A program made the position numbers and the translations under genes. Positions 1 to 10,715 of a DNA stretch of 64,000 nt are shown here, piece after piece; positions within the stretch are counted from its first letter, which is position 1; each line of letters opens with the position of its first letter. The notes under the pieces are model-generated. The model was not told the DNA's origin, did not search any database, and saw nothing but the letters and a program-made list of their open reading frames with translations. This stretch comes from Eledone cirrhosa (taxonomy: Eukaryota), in assembly GCA_964016885.1 (NCBI GenBank), contig OZ024740.1, positions 440,696,001 through 440,760,000 on the forward strand, in the 5' to 3' direction.

Positions 1-83
1 AAATGCCCATTTGTACCGTCCTGCATTGTCCTGCACTGTCCTTAATGTCTACTTTATGTAAACCCTTGTGGTTAATAAAGAAA

Positions 84-85
<2 letters not shown>
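1..85 (+). mobile_element. 3' end of a Tx1-like non-LTR retrotransposon, cut by the window edge
   Basis: Ends CCCTTGTGGTTAATAAAGAAATC then (ATT)n. Near-identical to 6017-6101 and similar to the 3' ends of the Tx1 copies at 14760-14840 and 21630-21692. Confidence 0.8.

Positions 86-130
<45 letters not shown>
86..130. repeat. (ATT)n microsatellite
   Basis: Perfect ATT repeats. Confidence 0.98.
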
Positions 131-2105
131 TGCATTTATCTTGCTTTATGTTTATACGAGTTATCACCAAGTCACAACCAGTGACCTCAAGAGACAACAA
201 GGTCCGCCATGTTCAAGAAAGAACACACATACTCACACATGCATCCTTAGTGTTTAGACTTGTGATGTACTTATATTGACAGGATCTTCCTTAGTATATG
301 GGCAGTTCCCATTAGTACTATCTTTTGTATTTCTCCTATACGCGGGTTTCCTGGGATTTGCGATAAGTAGTCGTTAGACCCCTTAGGTATCATTCCCAGA
401 GCGCCTACAACCACTGGTATTGTTTTAGTTCTCAATTTCCACATTTTTCCAATTTCTATCTCCAGGTCCTTATACTTGCTCAATTTTTCAAATGTTTTTA
501 TAGATACATTCTTGTCTATTGGAACAGACATATCAATTAGCAGGCATACCCTCCTTTGAAAGTCCTTCAATATTATATCAGGTCTATTTGCATCTATTTT
601 TCGGTCTGTTTGGATCCTAAAGTTCCACAAGATTGAGATGTGATCTTTTTCAAGTATGGGAGGTGGTTGATGCTCCCACCAATTCTTTTGATGGGGCAGG
701 TCAAAATGCTTACACATTATCCAATGTATGTATTGTGCAGCTCTGTCATGCCTGTTTAGGTATTCGGTTGGAGCTATAGGACTGCACATTGAAATTATAT
801 GGTCAATGGTCTCTGGTTGTTTTTTGCATACACGGCATAATGGGCTGCACCCATTTTTTATTATGTTGGCTTGGTAATTTTTTGTTGGCAGACACTGATC
901 TTGTGCCGATATAATCAGTCCTTCAGTCTCCGATTTCAGTCCAGAGGATGCCAACCACTGATGGGTTAAAGTTTTGTCAACATCAGGATTGTTAGCTCGC
1001 TCTGGGTATTTTCCATACAGAGGCTTTTCTTGCCATTTCTTAGACAGTTTCTGTAGCAGTTCTTTCTTTGCAGTTACTTTTACCTGCTTTGCTTTTTCTG
1101 TGTTTTCCATTTCAGCAGTAAATGGGACTTCTGAAATTTGTAGTCCATTACTGTATCTTTGTGCATCTTTTGTAATGGAATATGATCTTTTGGTGCTTTC
1201 GTGTTTCAAAACGAGTTTGATCATCCAATCATGTGATTCCCTTAGATATGTGGATAATCCAATTGTTGCAGTTTTCAACGCAATGTCTAACTGGATTAAC
1301 CCACGTCCTCCTTCTTTCCTAGGGAGATATATTCTATCTATGTCTGCCTTAGGGTGATGCATTCTGTGCATGGTTAAGAATTTTCGGATTTTTGTATCGA
1401 GCCTACGGATCTCTGTGCATGACCAGTTGATGACATTGTAACTGTAGGTTACTACTGGTATGGCAAGCGTGTTTATGGCATCGATCCTATTCCTTGCATT
1501 CAATTCCGTTCTTAAGATTGCTCTGACTCTGCGGTAACATTCCTTCCTTATCCTTTCCCTCATTGTCGAGTGCTTGATTCCGTCTCCTTCACAAACACCT
1601 AGATATTTGTAAGTTTGTTCTTGATCAAGCTCTCTTATCACGTTCCCCCGATCAAGATTAATGTCTGAACTCTTCAGCAGCTTTCCTCTGGTGAACGTTG
1701 CTTTGGCGCATTTATCCAGTCCAAACTCCATTTTAATGTCATCACTGAACTGCTTCACAGTGGATAATAGTCCTTGCAATTGTTCATCATTTTTTGCAAA
1801 TAGTTTCAGGTCATCCATGTAGAACAGGTGATTAATGGTTTTGTCATAGACTCTATATCCATGTTTTGTTTCATTGAGCATTTTACTTAATGGTATAAGT
1901 GCGATGCAGAATAAAAGCGGTGATAAAGAGTCACCCTGAAAAATTCCACAATTAATGTTAACTTCTCCAGCTTCCAGTGATTTTGTTTCACTATTCAAAA
2001 GGAGTGTCGTTCTCCATGTCCTCATACTGAATGACAAAAACCTCCTGACAACGGGGGATATTTTGAAAATCTCTAAACATTTTTCAATACAACTGTGTGG
2101 CAAAC
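131..2105 (-). mobile_element. R4/Dong-like RLE-type non-LTR retrotransposon, family A, 5'-truncated, in (TAA)n
   Basis: RT-RLE ORF plus a short 3' UTR (GAGGTCACTGGTTGTGACTTG on minus). (TAA)n on both sides. Confidence 0.9.
271..2103 (-). CDS. C-terminal 610 aa of an R4/Dong-like polyprotein: RT, CCHC knuckle, restriction-like endonuclease
   Basis: GIFQGDSLSPLLF, HLFYMDDLKLF, YKYLG, EGGRGL, CRVC..ETIDHIISMC, RHD, NRPDII..LIDMSVP..KLSKY. Uninterrupted but N-truncated. Confidence 0.92.
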   Translation of the reverse strand: MPHSCIEKCLEIFKISPVVRRFLSFSMRTWRTTLLLNSETKSLEAGEVNINCGIFQGDSLSPLLFCIALIPLSKMLNETKHGYRVYDKTINHLFYMDDLKLFAKNDEQLQGLLSTVKQFSDDIKMEFGLDKCAKATFTRGKLLKSSDINLDRGNVIRELDQEQTYKYLGVCEGDGIKHSTMRERIRKECYRRVRAILRTELNARNRIDAINTLAIPVVTYSYNVINWSCTEIRRLDTKIRKFLTMHRMHHPKADIDRIYLPRKEGGRGLIQLDIALKTATIGLSTYLRESHDWMIKLVLKHESTKRSYSITKDAQRYSNGLQISEVPFTAEMENTEKAKQVKVTAKKELLQKLSKKWQEKPLYGKYPERANNPDVDKTLTHQWLASSGLKSETEGLIISAQDQCLPTKNYQANIIKNGCSPLCRVCKKQPETIDHIISMCSPIAPTEYLNRHDRAAQYIHWIMCKHFDLPHQKNWWEHQPPPILEKDHISILWNFRIQTDRKIDANRPDIILKDFQRRVCLLIDMSVPIDKNVSIKTFEKLSKYKDLEIEIGKMWKLRTKTIPVVVGALGMIPKGSNDYLSQIPGNPRIGEIQKIVLMGTAHILRKILSI

Positions 2106-2106
2106 T

Positions 2107-2144
<38 letters not shown>
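2106..2144. repeat. (ATT)n between two Dong-like elements
   Basis: Near-perfect ATT repeats. Confidence 0.95.
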
Positions 2145-4765
2145 CACTGTTGTTATTCCTTGAATCTCAGTCATTGATGTTGGTTAACTGGAAAGTCCAT
2201 TGGAATGAATATCAAGCCACTACCTGCAGCCTCAGATATTCAGGACGTATCGGAGGGTTCTTGCTGTTTCAAGCAAGCATGCCTTTTGAAGCGTTCCAAA
2301 AAGCGTGACGGGGCCGATTTTCTTTAACCATCCTTGGAAACTTTTGGAGATAGTCCCCAGTGCGCCTATGACAATCGGGATCACTTTGACTTCATGGCAG
2401 TTCCAAATCCTTTTCACCTCCCACTTTAGGTCCTGGTATCGGTTAATTTTCTCCCTCTCCTTCTCTTGCACTCTCGTGTCGAAAGGGCAGGCCACATCCA
2501 CAATCAGACACGATCTTTTTTCTTTGTCCACAACCACCAGGTCAGGTCTATTGTGTTCTAGTTTTTTGTCCGTCTGTATCCTAAAATCCCACAGCACCTT
2601 CACCTGATTGTTCTCCATCACCGCCTCCGGCCTATGCTCATACCATTTCTCAGAGTGTGGTAAATTGTTTACTTTGCACAGGTGCCAGTGGATCACCCTG
2701 CCCATCACATCGTGTCTCCAGCCCTTATAGTGGGTCTGGGCTAGGTGTTTACACTCGGACACAATGTGAGCCACAGTCTCCTCTCTCTCTCCACAGATCC
2801 TGCACATTGGGCTAGCCTCCTCCTTGTAAATATGGTGCTTCAACCACTTCGTTTTGAGGGCCTGCTCCTGCGCAGCCATTAGCATTCCTTCTGTAGCCTT
2901 TTTGAGGTCTCCTCTTCTCAACCAGTTCCATGTCTGTGGATCTCTAAATTCAGTTTTCTCAAAGAAGGTACTATGAAGGGATTTTCCCTTAAGGCTGCTC
3001 TTCCTCCTTGATGTTATTTCCTCCTTGGACATCCCCTGGCCTACTGTCCCCTCCTTCAGTACAGTTCTGAGCATTGGCTCCTTACTATAGGTCACGTATT
3101 TGTATAGGTTGTTTTTCTCCATCTGAACACAGTCCTCTATGCTGATAAGACCTCTTCCACCCTCAGATCTCCTTAGGTAGAGTCTATCGACATCACTCCT
3201 CTTGTGGAACATGTTGTAGATAGTCAATAGCTTCCTAGTCTTCCTATCCATTTCTTTTTGTTCAGCAACATTCCATCTCAGAATTCCCGCACTGTACCTA
3301 ATAATAGACACAGCTCGGGAATTTACTGCGCTTATGGCATTTCTGCTGTTCAGATGTGACTTCAATACGCTCCTTACTCTCTGAATGTATTCAGTTCTTA
3401 ACAATTCCTTCATTTTTTTGTTCTTTATGCCATCAGCCTCCAGAACGCCCAAATACTTGTATCCTTCCTCAGAGTCAATTTCCTTTATCATCTCACCTGT
3501 TGGTATCTGGATCCCGTTACTTCTGCTCAGCCTACCCCTCTTCATCACAATGACTCCACATTTACTAATACCAAACTGCATACATATATCACTGCTGAAA
3601 ATACGGACAGTGTCAACAAGCACATCCAACTCCTTCTCACTTTTCCCGAAGAGCTTAAGATCGTCCATGAAGAGGAGGTGATTGATGGTAAGCTCTCCCT
3701 TTCCCAACTTGTATCCTGCTCTCACTTTTCGCAGCATAATGGTAAAGGGCATCAGGGCAAGGACAAACAACAGAGGGGACAGGCTATCTCCCTGGAAGAT
3801 ACCTCTCTTGATCTTCACGCTTCCCAAGGATACTCCAGTTGATGTCAACTCTGTCTCCCAGAACCCCATACTCCTGTCCAGCAACTGTCTGATGTTATCT
3901 GCCACCCTGAAGATCTCCAGGCTTTTGGTGATCCAAGAATGAGGCACCATGTCAAATGCCTTTCTGTAGTCTATCCATCCCATGGCAAGACCAGTGTGTC
4001 TCCTCCTGCAATTCCCCATCACCATCTTATCAATAAGTAACTGGTCCTTTGTACCACGTGACTTCTTTCGGCATCCTTTCTGTTCGTCCGGTAACAAGTT
4101 GTTTGTGTGGAGGTGATGGTAGATTTCCTCAGACACAATGCTCGTCAACAGTTTCCACATTACGGACAGACATGTGATAGGTCTATAGTTGGTAACATCA
4201 TTACCCTTGATTCGGTCTTTCATTATCAGAACTGTGGTACCTTTTGTCAACCACTCTGGCACCTCACCCGACACCAAGCAGTCATTGAACATGGCCGTCA
4301 GCTTCGGGTGGAGGGATGTTAAATTTTTAATCCAATACCCCTGCACACCATCTGGGCCTGGTGATTTCCAGTTGGTTAGTTTTTTGGCCTGCCCCTTAAG
4401 AGTTTCAACTGTGATACTCAAATCAGTTTGTTGGTGTGCCTGCTCACCGATCTCCCTCTGTACTGTCTCAATCCACCCTGCCTGGACATTATGTCTAACA
4501 TCCTGCTCCCATATTCCTCTCCAGAATGTTTTAGTTTGCTCCGCCCCAGGGATCAAGTCGTTGCCTCTTTCTTTCCCCTCAAGCTGTCCAAACAGCATCT
4601 TTTGGTTGTTGTCAAACATTCGGTTCTGTCTATACTGACTGACTCTGTTCTCGTATCGCCTGATTTTTGCACTCTTTGCTACAATGCGTTGCTTCAGTTC
4701 CTCTATGATAATATTTAGCTTTTTACTCCTAGTTTTGTACTTTATTTCCAGTCCACTTTTAGAAG
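2145..4765 (-). mobile_element. R4/Dong-like element, family B, copy 1, lacking its N-terminal region
   Basis: RT-RLE ORF. 3' UTR shared with the copies at 5384 and 6126. 3' end abuts (TAA)n. Confidence 0.92.
2232..4762 (-). CDS. R4/Dong-like RT-RLE polyprotein; homology extends upstream of the Met at 4619 to about 4762
   Basis: KYKTRSKKLNIIIEELKQRI, WKSPGPDG, NYRPITCLS, IDYRKAFDMVPH, GIFQGDSLSP, FMDDLKL, CRIC..ETVAHIVSEC, RHD, HNRPDLVV..IVDVACPFD. No internal stops. Confidence 0.92.
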
Positions 4766-5328
4766 TGGGAGACTGGCGGCGGTAGCGATACTGAGACAGT
4801 GGTGGTGGTGATGTCGATACCGAGGTAGTGGTGGTGGTGATGTGATAGTATTACTGTAGTGATGGTGTTGTAGTGGTGGTAGCAGTGAAGGAGTGAAGGA
4901 GTGGTGGCGGCGGTGATGGGATAGTGGTGGTAATGATGGCAGTAGTGAGCGGTGGTGGTGAAATTGCCGTTATCTGGCTGTTGTGTTTAGTGTACACAGG
5001 TGATGAGGTGGGTGGTGTATCTAGTTTCTGGTGTTGGTGAGTTTGGCTGTTCTATATAGTGTAGACAGAGGAGAGGAGGGGGGGGTCTTCTTCCATTTAT
5101 AGCCATTTTCTTTTTTGGATATACAGTGTACAATACAAAGTTGAATATTTGAATATTTGAGCCTTATAACAATATATTTTGGGTCCGAATTATTTTGGGC
5201 TCAAGCCGGGTGCTTTACGTAGCATTTGTACTAAGAGTTGTTATTTCACAAATGATTTAAATATGTTAAAAATTCAAAACTTACGGGAGCGATTTCATGA
5301 CCTCCGCCACCTCGTGCGTCTTCTTCCC
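4766..5328 (-). mobile_element. Probable 5' end (UTR plus low-complexity ORF start) of a non-LTR element fused to Dong-B copy 1
   Basis: Begins right after (TAA)n on minus. Shares TCGCTCCC(A)GTAAGT and an A-rich ATGGCT with the Tx1 5' UTR at 14861-15075. Confidence 0.4.

Positions 5329-5383
<55 letters not shown>
5329..5383. repeat. (ATT)n microsatellite
   Basis: Perfect repeats. Confidence 0.98.
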
Positions 5384-5854
5384 GTTATTCCTTGAATCTC
5401 AGTCATTGATGTTGGTTAACTGGAAAGTCCGTTGGAATGAATATCAAGCCACTACCTGCAGCCTCAGATATTCAGGACGTATCGGAGGGTTCTTGCTGTT
5501 CCCAGCAAGCATGCCTTTTGAAGCGTTCCAAAAAGCGTGAAGGGGCCTTTTTTCTTTAACCATCCCTGGAAACTTTTGGAGATAGTCCCCAGTTGGCCTA
5601 TGACAATCGGGATCACTTTGACTTCATGGCAGTTCCAAATCCTTTTTACCTCCCACTTTAGGTCCTGGTATCGGTTAATTTTCTCCCTCTCCTTCTCTTG
5701 CACTCTCGTGTCGAATGGGCAGGCCACATCCACAATCAGGAACGATCTTTTTTCTTTGTCCACAACCACCAAGTCAGGTCTATTGTGTTCCAGTTTCTTG
5801 TCCGTCTGTATCCTAAAATCCCACAGCACCTTCACCTGATCGTTCTCCATCACC
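5384..5854 (-). mobile_element. Dong-like family B copy 2, 5'-truncated (RLE plus 3' UTR)
   Basis: ORF 5464-5853 is nearly identical to the C-terminus of 2232-4619. (TAA)n on both sides. Confidence 0.92.

Positions 5855-5907
<53 letters not shown>
5855..5907. repeat. (ATT)n microsatellite
   Basis: Perfect repeats. Confidence 0.98.
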
Positions 5908-6101
5908 GTTTTTTAATGGGCTTTCTCCACGAATGGCCCTCGGAAGTCTCCCCCTATTGGGGAATGTTTTCATTGTTCTATTATTACATCCTCTGTTTCT
6001 TGTTTTTTACACGCAGAAATGCCCATTTGTACCGCCCTGTATTGTCCTGTACTGTCCTTAATGTCTACTTTATGTAAACCCTTGTGGTTAATAAAGAAAG
6101 C
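5908..6101 (+). mobile_element. 5'-truncated Tx1-like copy (3' UTR only) flanked by (ATT)n
   Basis: CCCCTATTGGGGAA hairpin and CCCTTGTGGTTAATAAAGAAA terminus match the Tx1 3' UTRs at 14630-14840 and 21510-21692. Confidence 0.8.
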
Positions 6102-6125
6102 ATTATTATTATTATTATTATTATT

Positions 6126-6374
6126 CCTTGAATCTCAGTCATTGATGTTAGTTAACTGGAAAGTCCGTTGGAATGAATACCAAGCCACTACCTGCAGCCT
6201 CAGTTATTCAGGACGTATCGGAGGGTTCTTGCTGTTCCCAGCAAGCATGCCTTTTGAAGCGTTCCAAAAAGCGTGAAGGGGCCGATTTTCTTTAACCATC
6301 CCTGGAAACATTTGGAGATAGTCCCCAGTGCGCCTATGACAATCGGGATCACTTTGACTTCATGGCAGTTCCAA

Positions 6375-6375
<1 letters not shown>
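6126..6375 (-). mobile_element. Dong-like family B copy 3, 5'-truncated
   Basis: IWNCHEVKVIPIVIGALG...YVLNN plus the 3' UTR. (ATT)n at 6102-6125 and 6375-6430. Confidence 0.9.
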
Positions 6376-6430
<55 letters not shown>

Positions 6431-8223
6431 CAATAACAACAGCAACAACAAAAATAACAGCGGTAAGGTCGAGAACGACAATAACAATGACAATAACAAC
6501 AGCCACAACAACAATAATAGTAGGAACAGTATCAACAAAAACAACAATAATAACAATAGCCACAATAACAGTAACAACAGCAACAGTATCAACGAAAACA
6601 ACAACAACAACAACTGTACCAACGAAAACAACAACAATGACACCGATCCCTGTAATAGCGATATCAGCACCACCAGTAAGACCAGTAGCGGCAGCAATAG
6701 TGGTGCTGCTGAAAAAGGGACCACTTCTTTTGCAGGTGTTGCCCGAAATATCGAGACAGTGTTAGTCACAGAGGAGGAGATGGCAGTCGCAAGGGCCATG
6801 GTGACAAGAAGCGCAAATAGAGTTTCCCTGAAACCTGCACCCGATTTTTTAAGGACCAGCAGCTACGGACGGTGACTTACCGCACCGTAAGCAAAATCTC
6901 ACATCGAGTGGAGAGAGCCACGGAGGCTCAAATCCAAAAGGCCTTGGGGTGCGTCTGGGCACGCAAAACCCACATCACCCGAGGCAGAAAGTACGCCACA
7001 GTAGACGTACTTTTCGCCACCCCCAGGAAGCAAAGTCTCACTCTTTGGAAACCCTAAAGAGTGAGGAGATAGTCTTGGTGCTCTCCTACTGCGGGCAGAA
7101 AATTGTGAGGGTCAAAGTGACCCAGGTCCCACCCGACATGCGCATACCTTGGCTGGCCGCGTCTGTCCTTGCAGGAATCGAGAACAGGGCGTCCATGCTG
7201 CAAGTAGAAAAAATAGAGAGAGAGAACTGGTCAGGTATAGGCATGCAAATGCTTATACAAACTGACCAGGAATGTATCGACGCTATCCCCGATATCATAG
7301 ACATCGAGGAAGGACTCCAACTCCCTATAAGTGTAGAAGGAAGACGGCCAAAATGTTATCTCTGTGGGTCGAAGTGTCACCTCAGGGCCTTTTGCCCGCA
7401 GAAGACAGCGAAGAAGGCCCCTCTCCTTCCAATACCTGGTCCGCTGCTACCAAGAGCAGGGCAGGTAACACACGAAGAAGCCTCTTCCACGATGAGTAGG
7501 AGGGCAACGTCCGTAGCACCCGTACCAAGGCCACGGACAACTAAAGCAACATCATCAGTGGCGGCAACACCAATAGCTACATTTGAAGTAGCTACACCAG
7601 CAACACAATTGCCGAAGAGGGCTCCACTACCACCACCAACAGCCGTGGAGCACATACCCCTCCCAGACGCCACAGAATCCGACATGGAGTTTGAGACGGG
7701 AGTGAAGTGGCAAACGGTCTGCCACAAAAAAGAAAAAAGAAAAAAAACCTTAGATTCACCCTCCAAAATCAAAGGCATACAAAGAGGGGTAAAAGCAGCA
7801 AGGAAACTTGCAGCAACACCACCACCATCACCACCACAAACACCAACAATGCAAACACAACAAGACACACACACCAAACAGCAACAAGAGGAAAACAGCA
7901 ACAAAATCACCCTCCCGCCAAAAAGTACACAGCCATAAACATGGCAAAAAGAGAACTCATACAATATATAAAGCAGCACACAGACATCACATAAAAAAAA
8001 CTACTACACCCCACCAACACCAAGAACTCTCCCTACAAACATAAGCATCATCGGAATCTCAATAGAACAGTACAAACCTTTAAAACAAAAATCCCCAACG
8101 CAGTTGGAGACTTTAGAGGGTCGGTTACCAAGAGGATATACACTGACATCCTCTTGGAAACACCCATGACCAGCGAAAGGGACGGTTCTACTGTCCCTTC
8201 ACCACACGAACAAGGTAAGTGAC
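6431..8223 (+). pseudogene. Tx1-A ORF1 (gag-like), frameshifted
   Basis: Asn-rich N-terminus, SFAGVA, EGRRPKCYLCGSKCHLRAFCP zinc knuckle, Pro/Thr-rich tail. Homologous to the ORF at 15068. Confidence 0.85.
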
Positions 8224-8254
8224 CCTTTCTCACTTGCCCCGTTTCTCATCCAAC

Positions 8255-10715
8255 ATGGCTGTACTCAGAATAGGCAGTATAAATGCACGTGGCCTGGGGT
8301 CATCTTGGAAGCAGGGACACTTGCTCAATGACCTCGGGTCACTAAACATAGATGTGGTGGCCATCAGTGAAACCAGAATCTCCGAAGCACAAGCCTTCTC
8401 ACCGATCTTCGGCGGCTACGATGTATACGCATCTCCCAGCCGTCCAGGATCGGGGGGAGGGGTTGCCGTCCGTTTTCGGAGAGGCTTGAATCTCGCGATA
8501 CGGGCCATCTTCCTGGACCCAGAAGGTAAGTCGGTGGTGCTGGACGTGACCGGCAGCGAAGGCAATGTTTTCAGGCTAGTAGCCGTCTACGCCTCAACAG
8601 GGGCAGGACGGCCAGATTTCTTCAGACGTCTAGAGATCTTTCTTGGAACGTCCCGCTCTTCAGTGTTAGTGGGCGACTGGAACGGTATCTTGGATTCACG
8701 CTGGGATCGTGTGGGGCTAGTGGATAGGGAAGGAGGGTGCAAGAGCCTGACTAACCTGCTCAGACGTTTTGAACTGTCTGACAGGTATCGACTGGATCAC
8801 CCAAATGTGCCAATGTGGACATGGACAAACCGCATCGGGTCATCCAGATCGTAACTCGATAGGGTATTCTGCAGAGAACTAGATAAGGCTAGTATAAGTT
8901 GTCCACAATTTAAAATAGTCGACTACACAGACCACAAATTTGTGATCTGTGAGACGAACATAGACAGACTTCATAGACAAGGGCCTGGTTACTGGAATCT
9001 GAACGCGTCTTTCCCGGCGCGCAACGCCTACAGAGACCGGATTAGCGTATTAGTTAAGCGGGCGTTGACAGGAACGGTCGTCAACAACAGGTGGTGGTTC
9101 GCCCTGAAAAGGGCAATTAAAGTAGAGTCGATTAGGTTTAACAAAGGAGTAGTGATAGAGGAAAATAGAGTAGAGGGAGAGCTAGTCAGAAAGCTAGAAG
9201 AGGCGTTTAGGACAGGCATCGCAACCGACGTGCTTGCTGCGAGATTGGCACTCGACCAATTCTTCAACGCAAAACACGAAGGCTGCGTTGTCAGAGCTAG
9301 AGCGTGTGCTCTGAAACACGAGGGGACAAAAGCCGTCCAATGGGCCCGGGTGGCAGAGGCGCGACGTAGCAACAAAGCCACAATTCGGTCTTTGTCTGAT
9401 CAAAACGGGTGCGTGATACTCGAACCCGAGCGGATGTGTGAAGCTTTTCAGTAGCACTTTGCTGAACTGTTCGGGAGCGGCGGCGGCCCGGATCGGGGCA
9501 TGGACTTCAGTGCATAACTCAACGGACTGCCTCGGCTCTCGACGACCGCAGCACAGTGTTGCGAAAAGCCAATAACAGCCGGTGAAATACGGGAAGCGAT
9601 GGCTAACTGCACGAGGAGTAAATCGCCAGGTTTAGATGGTCTGCCCTAAGGGCATTATGCATTTATGCCAGACTTGTTCTGTGACCTCTTGGCAGACGTC
9701 TACTGCAACTGGCAGCAGAACGGGAGCATTCCCAGTTTTGTGAGCCGGGGAGCAGTGGCGCTGCTGAGAAAAAACCCGAACAAGGGGGATGTTATCGATA
9801 ATTTCAGGCCCATAACCCTGCTAAACGCAGAGTTCAAGATTTTGGCCAAGGTGTTAGCAACGAGGTTGGCGCTTGTCGACAAGGGTCTGGTGGGAGAGGC
9901 GCAGACATGCGCCATTCCGGACAGATCCTTACACGACAACCTCCACCTCATGCGATACATCATAGAGAGGGTGGTTAAGGAACCTGGCAAGGGTGGGGCC
10001 CTGATCAACTTGGATCAATCCAAAGCATTCGATAGGGTCGACCATCGGTACCTGGCGGCGGTTTCTCGAGGCAGCCGGTTTCGGGCTCGTTTTCAGGAGT
10101 TGGATCGCAGCAATGTACAGCGACATCTGCTCAGTTGTGAGGGTGAACGGTCACCTGTCGCAGCCGTTCAGCATCATGCGCTCAGTCCGCCAGCGTTGTC
10201 CCCTCTCGTCCCTCTTGTACGTATTGGCTCTCGAGCCGTTACTGCACAAACTGGGGGCGATGAGGGGCGTCCCACGCGAACTAGGATGCGGGAAATCCGA
10301 GTCGGCTTACGCTGACGACGTCACCGTGGTGGTGTCGAGCACCAAACACGTCCAGATGCTGGGCGCCGCTCTCAAGGAATACGAAGCAGTGACAGGAGCA
10401 AAGATAAACCAGGAAGCGTCGGTGGGCTTGCAGTTCGGCAGCTGGATAGGCAAGTCCATGCCCTCCGACAGCGTCGTGGGGCGTTGGACAGACGGACCGG
10501 TTAAATTGCTCGGGCTCTGGTTCGGACCGGACCTCCAGATGGAGAAAAACTTGAACGAGGTGACGAGCAGGGTGGCCTCCCTCACCCAGAAATGGGCTGA
10601 GAGGAAGCTGTCCCTGAAAGGCCGGGCGGAGGTGGCGAATGCGTACATCGCATCCGTCATCTGCTACCGTCTCACCGTCATCACTTGCTCCAGCCCAACT
10701 CTCACCAAAATGGAG
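8255..10715 (+). pseudogene. Tx1-A ORF2, 5' part (APE endonuclease plus RT), several stops and frameshifts
   Basis: INARGL, ISETR, VAVYA, VGDWNG, TDHK; SPGLDGLP, NFRPITLLN, LDQSKAFDRVDH, VRQRCPLS, YADD. Confidence 0.92.

Noticed and set aside
974-4718. Plus-strand ORFs overlapping the Dong-like elements, and antisense ORFs over Tx1
   Set aside because: Shadow frames of retrotransposon coding sequence with no recognisable motifs.
1-6375. Segmental duplication of the Tx1-end/(ATT)n/Dong-B-end junction (1-2400 versus 6017-6375)
   Set aside because: Copy 3 shares several variants with copy 2 rather than copy 1, and independent targeted insertion explains the pattern. Not excluded, but unsupported.
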